Both the position numbers and the translations under genes were made by a program. Below are positions 38,900 through 50,028 of a DNA stretch of 64,000 nucleotides, piece after piece. Below the pieces are notes generated by a model. That model was not told the origin of the DNA. It searched no databases and was given only the letters and a program-made list of their open reading frames with translations. This DNA comes from Antedon mediterranea. Lineage: Eukaryota; Animalia; Echinodermata. Location: contig NC_092670.1 of the NCBI RefSeq assembly GCF_964355755.1, positions 26,274,795-26,338,794 on the forward strand. The letters run 5' to 3'. Positions within the stretch are counted from its first letter, which is position 1, and each line of letters starts with the position of its first letter.

Positions 38900-39260
38900 T
38901 GCTTGCCTTTTTAGGCCTGACATTTTCAAAGACTTAGTACAGACCTGCAGCTTTAGTTTTTAAAATTGTCTTATCCCAGCCCCAACCATAGAGCTGGTCA
39001 TGGATACTTATAAATTTTGTTTCATATTTCGAATGGTAGGGCTGGTTCTGGAGACATAAAATTTCATTTCTTATTTCAATCTAAACTGCAATATCCAGGG
39101 ACTTAGCAGCTCTATTTTCACAATTTTTTTAATGCAGCCCAACCATGGTAGGGCTAGTTCTGGAGACAGTATAATATATATCTTGTTTCATATTTCGAAG
39201 TATAATTATTAAGTCCAATATCCGGGGACCTAGCAACTCTATTTTTCAAAATTTTCTCCA
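38900..39260 (-). repeat. ~100-bp subrepeats homologous to the interior of the hAT element at 6095-6360
   Basis: Reverse complement of 39181-39258 matches gaaaaatagagttggaggtcctggaaattggacttattatacttcaaaacatgaaacaa. Confidence 0.7.
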
Positions 39261-39269
39261 TCCATAACA

Positions 39270-39600
39270 AAGCTTGCGTCGTATGACAAAATTCGCCCTA
39301 TACCTCTCACTGACCATTTTGCAAAAGTAGCCGAAGGTTTTATCGTTCAGTGGTTAATGAGAGATATTTATATAAAACTCAACCCCAACCAATTTGGTAA
39401 TCGCTTATTATCCAAGTAAATGTTCTGAATGTCACCATAATGAAAACAACATTTAATATTGATCCAAAAGTATTAATTAACGAAATTATCAATGTGGTTG
39501 ATTCCGTCAAAATGTTAGGCCTACAGTACATATATTAGTTCAAGATGATCAAACATGCTAATGGTAGAATTTATATGCTCAAACTTTTAGAAGAGTCCGT
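39270..39600 (+). pseudogene. L2/Rex-type RT relic
   Basis: KIRPIPLTDHFAKVAEGFIVQWL...NQFGNR, then after a deletion KMLGL..QDD. Confidence 0.6.
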
Positions 39601-40929
39601 TGGGATTGGGAAATTGAGGAAGACCTAGTATTATTAAGGTTTTTTTATTTTTCTACCCTTTTAAGCGATCGATCGATGTGGCTGCATCACATCACAATAT
39701 AAAAATATCAATCCGCGCGTGATGCATGATATTTATAGCAGGCTGCTATAATTATTAGAATCAACTTATTTGTCACAATTTTAACCATTTAAAGACGGAA
39801 AAAAATATCGCAATAGGTCCATATAGTATTATAGTATTTATTTTAACATAAAATGTAGTGTGACCTTAAATTAGGACAAAAAAATATGTAGGTCTAGTGT
39901 TTTTAATATAGGACTAGTAACTGGGGTGGGGGGAGGTTATGGTTTGGGCGAACCCCCTTGAACTTCTTGCTGTATGAGCATACGTCGTCACTCAATATGA
40001 TAACAACTTTATAATTAAGATAAGATATACTAAAATTAAGTGTTTTGTAGAATATTTGGAATTTATCCCCACCTCTCCCAATTGTATCATTTATTATTAC
40101 ATTTGATAACACCCCACACGTTAACAAATCTGTGGAAAAAAAATAATTTTCAAAACTCGACCCATATGATCGCGATTTTGAACAAAAATAGTACCTACCA
40201 AAAAAGATCTAGTGTAAAGTAGTAAGTAAATAAGATCCTCTGATAATTATCACCTGGGCCCATGCACATGTGTGGATATTTTCTGATATTTATTGAAATG
40301 CTATATTTATGTGCTACTTGGTAACACTACCTAACTAATTTAACATACTTTGTACTGTGGACATATTAAGTCAAAATACATCACAGTAAAATAGAAATAA
40401 TATCAAAGAATAGTCAATTAACATATTATGTTCTATTTCTATTTAAAATATTCAAAGTAGGTTATGTCTCCATAGAAGATTTTCATTCAGTATTTTTATG
40501 AATTTATGTTAGACTATATTTGAATAAGAACACCCCATTACCATAATGTAGTAACATTTGATGTTTACATTTGTTATTGTTAGAGAATCTCAGCTCGTTC
40601 AACTAGAGGCTTAAGGCATAAGGCTAAAAAATGATGCAACTATTAAGATAGACCGATTTGTTGTAATTTTGTTATGAACAATTTTGCACAGCCAACAGAA
40701 TTTGTTTATTTCTAGGAAAAAATTATATTAATATACATTTATATTTATAAAAACATTCAAAGCAATTGCCCTATAATAATCGAATAATTATGTTATAAAA
40801 ATACATATAATAATGTTTGTAAATTCAGTTTTTAGCAAAAAAAAGTACATATGCAGGCAAAAATATTTTTTGTTCTGATTACTAATTATTTTATTTGGGA
40901 TTTGATGAATAAATGCATTTGTACACCTG

Positions 40930-43900
40930 GGGAGGACTGCAGTAACAGCAGAGGGTAGGGCGCTGTTGGGTGGCACCAACTGGGTCATAAAACCGGCATA
41001 TCCCCAAATACGTTCTGCAGTAGAGGCGAGTTAAAGCCGCCTCTAAATAGGCCTAGCCATGCCCTGCATTAGGCAGCAGTGATGCAGCATTGGTGTCTCT
41101 GCGGAAGATCCATTTCTAGGACAACGGCAAACCTCAGCACACATTGTCAGGCAGGATGGTGATCCCATTTATGGCTGATAGACTGCGGTGAAGAAGGCAA
41201 CGGGAAACCACTATCATTTTTCCAAGAACAATTATGAAGTGTCACAATTCAAAAATGAAAGCTAACGGCATAAAGGGGGTACATCCATTGTATGAAGGAG
41301 GCTCCTCGCCCGGTAGGGTGTCTCATGTGCGACAGGTGGAGCTCGACCGTCATCAAGCTACTGTCCGCAATAGAAGACAAATAATGGTGAATTTATGATT
41401 GATGATTACAAGATGATTTACGCTGGAGGAGACAAACATGAAAAAGGTGTAGGGTTGCTTTTGGATGGTGATATGGCTAAATGTATGCTGGGCTATTGGG
41501 CTGTGAGTGAAAGAGTTATGCTGGTCAAACTGCAGGGACAACCCTTCAATATCTCTATCATAGCGGTTTATGCACCTACAGCTGACAGCACAGATGAAGA
41601 GATAGATAACTTTTATGCGACCTTAGACCAGGCCAAATCCCAATGCAAATCAGATGAGATAAATATCATCATGGGTGATCTGAATGCAAAGGTTGGCCAT
41701 GGACAAGATGGAAACACAGTTGGAGAGCATGGGATGGGTGAAAGAAATGAGCGTGGTGATAGATGGGTGAACTGGTGTAAAGCTAAGGATATGACCATAA
41801 CAAATACATGGTTCAAAGAGCATCCCAGACGAATATACACATGGAAGAGCCCTGGTGATGTGACGAGGAATCAGATTGACTACATTGCAGTAAACAGTAG
41901 GTGTAAAAGGGCAGTGACTCATGCAAAAACATATCCAGGGGCAGATTGTGGAAGTGACCACATTCCAGTGGTTTGCACACTTCAATCAAAGTTAAAAAAG
42001 GTGAAGAAAGCCAAAAATGTACAGAAATTAGACTTTGAGCAGCTAAACAGTCCGGAGATCCGTTTGGAATATTCCATTCAAGTGAAGAATAAGTTTGACA
42101 TCCTTGTAGATGAAGGTGAAGAGATTACGTGGGATGCAATGAGAGACATCCTTGTTGAGACAGCCAAAGAATCCTAAAGCTTGGTTCTCACTAGAACGTA
42201 ATGCAAGGACGTAAACGCAACGCAAGCGTTTTAACCAATGACAAGCGAAGTTATAGACAGTTAGCAATCACAAGCGAATAAGCCATCGCTTGTGATTGGT
42301 CAATTCACTTTCGTTGCGTTACGTCCTTGCGTTGCGTCGCTAGTGGGAACCACGCTTTACCCAAGAAAGAGAGAAGAAGGGAGAACAAATGGGTGTCGGA
42401 AGAGATACTATCAATGATGAGGGATAGACAGAAGATTAGTAGTAGATCAAGTAAAGAATATAAAGATCTAGATAGAGAAATTAAGCAAAAGTGCAGGGAG
42501 GCAAAAGAAAAGTGGCTCAACACCCAGTGTGAGGCGATTGAGAGTGGACTAGAGAACAACAACCACAAGATTTATCAGAGACTTAATGAGATCACTGGAA
42601 GGAAATCTGGCTGCTCAAACTCTGGATGCATTAAGGCAAAGGATGAAACAATGCTTGTTGAAAAGACTGATATTTTGAAAAAATATCTGTCCAGAGTATA
42701 TCAGGGAGCTGTTTTTTGATGTTAGACAAGCAATGCCAAGCTTTCCTGACTCAGAAGAAGGACCAAAGATCTTGAAAGCAGAAGTACGAACAGCAATCAA
42801 GATATTGAGGAAGAATAAGGCGGCAGGACTGGATGGTGTAGTCATTGAGATGATTGAGGCATTAGAAGAGTATGGAGTGGAAAAGTTAACTGAAGTGATC
42901 AATAAGATATATGAGGATGGAAGTTTCCCTGAGGACTTGAGTAAGTCCATTTTTATTGCCCTTCCAAAGAAACCAGGTGCTGTAGAGTGTGAAAAACATC
43001 GTACAATCAGCCTCATGAGTCATGTCACCAAGATCATTCTGAGGATACTACTTATGAGAGCAACAAGTAGATTAAAACCATAGATTGGGAGTGAGCAGTT
43101 TGGTTTTGTAAAGGATTCAGGCACCAGGAATGCCATCTTTGTGATAAGAATGATAACTGAAAGGTAAGTGGAGATGCAGAAAGATGTATACATGTGTTTC
43201 ATAGACTACACCAAAGCATTTGACAAAGTAAGGCATGAGCAGCTATTTCAAGAACTTAGCAAGCTTGACCTACATGGAAAGGATCTTCGATTGTTGCAAA
43301 ATGAGTTTTTATTAGTGTCCAAAAAGGAGAGTCCAACGTGTAACCTTCGAGCAGGAGACCAGTTAATTCAGCAGGTGTCCTCTTTTAACTATCTTGGGAG
43401 CAAAATAACAGATGATGCCAGGTGTGTAACGGAGATAAAGAGAAGGATAGTCCTTGCGAAATCCGCATTTGGAGAAATGGAGAATATCTATGAAGAACTG
43501 TGCGATGAGTATGGAAACCAGGTTGCGTGTATTAAACTGCTACATCTATCCTGTGCTGATGTATGGAAGTGAAGCCTGGTCAATCACAACTGACCTCAGA
43601 AAAAGATTGGAAAGCTGTGAGATGTGGTTTCTAAGGAGAATGATGAGAATTCCATGGACAGATAGAGTTAGTAATGAAGGTGTATTGATAAGAGCTGGAG
43701 TGTGCAGGAAACTACTGAAGGATATTAGGATTAGACAGATGAGATTCATGGGACATGTGTTGAGGGAAGGGAGGTCTGGAGAACTTGGCATTAACTGGGA
43801 AAATAGAAGGAAGAAGGAGCAGGGGGAGAAAAAGAGTCACTTGGTTGGCCAGCATAGCTGAGTGGATTCGGAATAGAGGCAAGAATACCAAAGAAGTGGA

Positions 43901-43985
43901 GTTGCTGAACATGGCAATAGACAGAGAATTGTGGCACAACATGATCGCCAAAGTTTCATGATATGGCACTTCGAGAGAGAGACCT
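40930..43985 (+). mobile_element. RTE-clade LINE (BovB/RTE-1-like), inactivated
   Basis: EN motifs GVGLLL, AVYAPT, MGDLNAKVG, NQIDY, GSDH; RT motifs RTISLMSH, FIDYTKAFDKV, NYLGS, YGSEAW, CEMWFLRR. Stops, frameshifts, deletion of the QG/YADD core near 43300, (GA)n tail. 5' boundary approximate. Confidence 0.92.
42178..42356. mobile_element. 179-bp PIF/Harbinger-type MITE inserted in the RTE ORF
   Basis: TIRs agcttggttctcactag / ctagtgggaaccacgct, flanked by taa / tta. Removing the element and one triplet restores the frame KES-LPKKERR. Confidence 0.85.
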
Positions 43986-44437
43986 TGTTGAGCAGTATGT
44001 TGACGTGCTCTGGGGATAGTGTCATCATCGTCCTCAAATAGGCGGAGGGGATATGCCCTGGTTTTGGGGCCCCATTGTGTGCCTTCCATCAAGAATAGTG
44101 CAAAATTTTCATCCAACGAAAGTGTATAAGTAATTTTCCACCGTGACCTTGTAGAATCGTGCACACACGCAACAAACACTAAACATAGACTTGAAACGAT
44201 ACGTACATAATAGTAAGACAACGAGTACCTTGACCTTAAGGAAATTTCTTCTTTTTTTTTTACATTTGTGGGTGCTGTTTTACATTTGTGGGTAATGTGT
44301 TTTCACATTTTTGGTTGTTTTCACATTTGTGGTTGTTTTCACATTTGTGGGCGTTCTCACATTTAGTTTAGCTAGTTAGACTTTGTAGGCCTAGCCGGTA
44401 AAGCAGTAATGACGAACACCGTACACCAGCTATAAGC

Positions 44438-46798
44438 GGTGCAGGTCAACACGGCCCTAAACCGTCTCGGCCCAAAGTCAACTCGGCCCCAAGTCAAGTC
44501 AGCCTCAAGTCAATTTGGCCTCGCGTCATCTCGGCCCCAATTAGTATTTAGCCGGTCAATTCGGCCTCATTAAAGTATGGAACGCAAAGAAGGGCTAATT
44601 AGTAATAGTTGATATTATAATGACGTCAGGATTAGGCTAGTAAGGTTAAGCCTACACATAGGCCTAGAAAAAATAAAACGGAAAATTCAATATGAATTAT
44701 AACACACTCGGTCGTTTTTCGTTTAATTTATTTAAATATTATTAGTTGTGATGTTATTGTTAGTCTTAGTAGGCTATTATTATGTACTAGGAGGCCTATA
44801 TATTTTGATACAAGGATTTTCCCAGAATGAAACGAAATATTCTTAGATATAGATAGATATTATTGGATTACCGTATATTTCGGTGTATAAGTCGCACTTT
44901 TGACACGCAAATTTGACCTCTAAATTAAGGGTGCGTCTTATACACCGAACATAAATGCCTCACCACACAGATTGTACATAGGCCTAGGCTATCGTCACCT
45001 CGTTTGCTAGGCCTGAGTAGGCTAGGCCTGAGTAGGCTAGGCCTAGCTACAGTAACTAACTAACGTAACGGCAACCTGCTTCTGCCTAGTTTTCAAGTCA
45101 TTTTAGCATGATGTTATACTAAATATGATGAACAGATTTGTTCATTATGGCGCTCCGATAAAATTTCATTTGTAAACGTTTACACGTACGATTGGAATAG
45201 TATTTATTTATACAGTAGTTATACGCACGATCGCCGTACCCCCAGCGCAAGCCCTTCTTTTGGTGGTCACATGGTGTACGGTTAGACTTGCTCCAAGTCT
45301 GTATTTAATGTCTTTCTTAAAGTCATTCCACACGTCGTCGTTTTGATTTTTGTCTGAAAATACAGACTTGTGAAACACGTATAGAAATCGATTTGCAGAC
45401 CGCAAACGTCCGATAAGAATGACGTAGGTTATCATACCGTATTTGGCTATATGGCGCGGGCGGTATGTAAATATAGATTTCGAACCAACCAATGATCATT
45501 TTGTTTAAGAATGAAAATATCGAGTAGTTTTCATGTTCTTGGAAAAAAAATCAAATCGAATGTTTACCAGACTACTGGGCATATAAAATCATTTCTAGCC
45601 TTCAGAAACGTTCATCAATGTACAAAAGTACACACGTGTACGTCTCCACACATTGTCTACTCTAAACGTAACATAGCGCATGCGCTACATCTTACTGTAG
45701 TTGTTGAGTCTTTGAAATTCTAAAATATGAATATTAAAACAGCGTACGAGTGAGTAGCCAATCGCATGCGGCTGAAACTAGTCAACTGGATAATCTATGC
45801 ACCAAGAATTCTTGGTGTCAAACCACGTGACTTTTGCGTGTTTCCCCAGACGGAGTATCCAACTCAAGTAATACACCGTATGAAACGCCATATGTGCAAA
45901 AATATTTATATTTTTACTAAAATTAAGACAAAACTCCGTCTGGAGCCCAGACTAGGTGTACGGTATTCGACTAGTATATTCTCTAGGTGATTATAGCATG
46001 GACCTAGCGTACACACTTCTCGGATACATAGATACTAATCGAATACGATTGTCCGTTAAAACGTGCGCCCTCTCGAAATGATCGAGCGAGGCTAGCCCAC
46101 ACACGTACATCGTGTTACACACATGGTCATGCACTCAATGTTGCGGCGAAACTCATGAATAACAAGTTAGAAAGAACTTGTTGAGGCTGGGCGCGGCCGA
46201 GCCTAGGTAAGAAAAAACCTAAATAAAGGACGCCGTTGTAGATATAACAAAATATATTATTACAATAATATTGATTACAATTTAAAAAAACATTGTTTTG
46301 ATGAAATATAAGGTGCGTCTTATACATCGACGATGTATTTTATTGTTAACCGTTTTTGATGTTGTATTGTTTTATGTTTCAAACCTGTTAGTGGCGGTAT
46401 TTATCGCTGTTGGTTTTGATTGAATAAAATAAAATAAAATAAAATAAAATAAAAAATACCGATATTTTACTCTCAGTTAGGGGGTGCGTCTTATACACAG
46501 GTGCGACTTATACACCGAAATATACGGTACAGTAAAATAAAAATGTTTATAAAAAGTCATATATTTAAAATTATTTATTATTTTACCAATTCGCTTTGCT
46601 TTTTGCGTTCCATACTTTATTGGGGCCGAGTTGAGCAATTATTTTTTGGCCGAGTTGACGTGAGTCCGAGTTAACTTGAGGCCAAGTTGACTTGAGGCTG
46701 AGTTGACGTGTGGCCGAGTTGATGTGGGGTCGACTTGACTTTGGCCGACTTAGCTAGACTTCGGCCGAGATGGATTAGGGCCGAGTTGGATCGAATTC
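44438..46798. mobile_element. MULE-like non-autonomous element with 9-bp TSD
   Basis: gctataagc duplicated at 44429-44437 and 46799-46807; subterminal aactcggcc / ggccgagtt repeat arrays at both ends. Confidence 0.88.
44871..46527. mobile_element. pogo/Tigger-like (Tc1-mariner) non-autonomous element nested in the MULE
   Basis: ta|ccgtatatttcggtgtataagtcgcac ... gtgcgacttatacaccgaaatatacgg|ta, a perfect 27-bp TIR with TA TSD. Confidence 0.9.
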
Positions 46799-47286
46799 GC
46801 TATAAGCCTAAACCTGACCTTGTCTTGTTGCTAAATGAATTGTCTTCTCTTTTTTGGCAGAATCTGTCAATATAAATTGTGGAAGACCTGGTATTTTCGC
46901 TGAAAAGTTACGGTTCTTTTATTTGTTTACCGTTTCACGTGATCAATCAAAGTGGGTACATCACATCACAATATGAAATACTCAATCTGCACGCGATACA
47001 TTTATAGCGGGCCGCTAACATTATTAAAATCAACTTATTTTTCACATTTTTAACCATTTAAAGATGAAAAAACATTGCTATAGGTCCATATACAGAGTAA
47101 TATTTATTTTTAAACGTAGGTCTTTAAGATTATTCAAAACCTCATTTATTTAGCAAATGTCAGGATAATATCTATATAAATGTTTGATTATTGATTGATT
47201 GATTATGCACTTCAAACATCACATATTCATGTTGTATGCAGTTTACAGTATGACATTTTTAAAGTGGATACACAAATTATTATTAG

Positions 47287-49398
47287 GTGCTATTCAGCAA
47301 GGGTTAGAAGAAGCATACCGCCAACAGCAGGAAAAAGAAGTTCAATATGTACGTTTTCCAGCAAAATCAAGACGTGGAAAGGTATGGTCACTACACTTTA
47401 ATTATAAGACATTGAATGTTCATATACTTTACAGTAGAATGCGATTTAAGTTCTTAATCAAATGTTTTCGATTTACTGTAAAAATTTTCCTCAGGAAATG
47501 TTGGTTGACAGCAATGGATATAGATACACCCAAAAGGTTGATAAGAGGCGTTCTAATGTGAATTGGCGTTGTTGTGTGAGGAATAAGAATGTTACGTGTA
47601 TGGCTAGTGTACTTGAGCGGGGTGACAAGTTTATTAAGGGGAGACAAGACCACATTTGTGAAACAGGTATTTTTATTATAGTGAATAAAAAAGAAAAAAT
47701 GTATCAAGCATAAACTTCAATATTGATTATTAGGTACTGTAGTTTATTAGTAGTTTAATGCATTTATAATTAATTATGAATACTATAAATATTTTGTCCA
47801 CATACTGTATCCTCATTGACATGTTAAAATCTGCCAAGTGTCTTAAGAGAATAATAATAATATCCTGGATATATATAGCGCCTAATGTAAATGAAATCTC
47901 TAAGCGCTGAACATTACTACCCCAGTCATATTTTTTTGGATCAAACACGTATGGAAACTTACTTCCATAATGCAGCTAGTAATCAGCGCAAAGTTGTGTC
48001 TTGATCTAACCGGGTACCCATTTATACACCTGGGTGGAGAGAGGCAAACGTAATTAAAGTATCTTGCCTACAGATACAAGCAATGCGGTGAGAGTTGGAT
48101 TTGAACTTCGGTCTCACGATCAGTAGTCCAACGTCCAACACACTGCGCCACACGCCCTCAGATATTAAACTTATTAAATGTCAATTGAAATTCTATATTT
48201 TCAACACTAGGCCTAATTATAATTTAAAGTGTATATTATCATTAAAATTTAAAAAAAAATTACAGACCTATATATCTATAGTCTTTATTCTTTATTTAAC
48301 AATGTAAGTTGGCAGGGTACAAAAAGAACTAAATTCCTATGGCTAAAGAGCCTCTACTCTAATAATGGATATTAATTTTAGATTTAACTTATAGAAATAT
48401 TCTTGTAAATATATATTCTGTTGATACAAAATAAATAGTACGTATAGTACCGCGGATAATAAAACTTGGCTCTGGCCTGTTAAAAACAGAGCAGTCGATT
48501 TTTCAACTTATGGAATATTCTCACGACCAACTCATAAAAATTAATACTATTGCACACCATGTAACCCACAATCGTTAAAATATTATTTTAAAATATAATA
48601 TTTTAAAATAGTTCTGTGTCTGTCTGTAATTGTGTTGTGTATTAAAAAGTAAAAAGTAAATTCATTGAAATTAATTGAAATTGGTTTTATTCAAGGTTCA
48701 TCCTTAGAGGAATGGTTTTCGCAACAGTCAGATTTACAATCTGAAGAAGAGAATATATGCCTTCCACTTGCTACTTTCGATAAATTGGTAATTGAAATTG
48801 TTTTTGTGTAATTATATGTTTATACAAAAAATTACATATATTTTCCCCTTTTATTAAGTTTGTTTGTGTCTATTTTTTCAGGAAGTTGAAGAGATTTCAG
48901 AAGAAATAGAGTACATGCATCTTCCAGTAGCAACTAGTCATGGAAAGGTATTGATTGTAGTTTAACCCTCTCAGCACCGAATTTGGAAAATATATTTAAA
49001 AAAAATAAGACTGATTAGGTATTTTGTTTAAACCGTTAATGTTAATTTTAATGCATGTAATATTTTAGTAATTGTTTCCACTAGCCAGATAGATACATAA
49101 TCTAGTCTTTTGCCTTAAAGAGAGCAGATGTTTAAAAAAATAAAAATATATATTTTTTATATCACAGGAAATGTTGATTGACACTAAAGGATACCGTTAC
49201 ACTCAGAAAGCAGATAAGAGGCGTGCTAAGATTAGTTGGCGTTGCTGTGTGCGTAACAAGTACATTATGTGCAAGGCAACGGTCATAGACAAAAATGGCA
49301 AGTTAACAAGAGGAAGACAAGATCACATATGCGTGCCTACTCAAAGTATGAATTTAGTGTATTCCGCTCCGCATATCAAGGGTGTCCAGTTTTCTTAA
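47287..49398 (+). CDS. tandem FLYWCH-type zinc-finger exons; exons 47287-47381, 47495-47666, 48696-48787, 48882-48947, 49168-49398 (alternative donor after 49345)
   Basis: All introns GT-AG and in phase. Domains GK/EMLVDSNGYRY...WRCCVRNKNVTCMASV...QDHIC and GK/EMLIDTKGYRY...WRCCVRNKYIMCKATV...QDHIC. The start exon is not identified; a candidate 30-nt phase-1 micro-exon lies at 46861-46890. Confidence 0.82.
47850..48159 (-). mobile_element. tRNA-derived SINE in the intron between the FLYWCH modules
   Basis: Minus strand: A box tggcgcagtg, B box gttcaaatcc, central ctctccacccaggtgtataaatgggtacc block, LINE-like tail agcgct...ggcgctatata...(att)n. Confidence 0.8.
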
Positions 49399-50028
49399 TC
49401 TAGATCAAAGTTTGAAAAAATTATTATTTGTGTGTGTGTTTCTGGTTTTCAAGGAGTCCAGTAGAGAAGTTCACTTTGCCTTTATTGTTAATTCAATGTT
49501 GAACTTATGTTATTTTGATAATATGTGAAATTAAGTAGATAAAACAACTTCTGTTAATGATTATTATATAATAATTGATGAAATTAATACAAATTTTCAG
49601 TATAATTTTTTTTATTATTTCCCCTTCCATAATAAGTAATTTTGTATAAATTGAGCCACCTATTATTTTTGAAAAACATTACTGTTTTGCAGTCAAAACC
49701 CAGTAACATTTAATCAATTTAATATTTTAATATCAGTAAATTATCTTTCTATATTTTCTAAAATGTGTGTGTGTTTAAAAGTTGATATTAAATATTTCAA
49801 ATCTTTATGCATGTTTTAGTTGCTCAATTTTTTCAAAATGTTTGTCTGTGTTCTGTTTGAATATAGTTTTTGTTAAATTCTTTAAAAAAGGCATTCATAA
49901 TTGTATTAATGTATTAATTGTTTTTTTTGTTTTTTTAAATTTTAATTTACATGAATATTATTAGTGTAGTACAATACAATATTACAAAAATAAATAAAAA
50001 ATTTGCTGTTTGACATATTTTCTTGTAG

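Noticed and set aside
48085-48159. tRNA gene
   Set aside because: A and B boxes are present, but they are the head of a SINE and no clean cloverleaf is evident.
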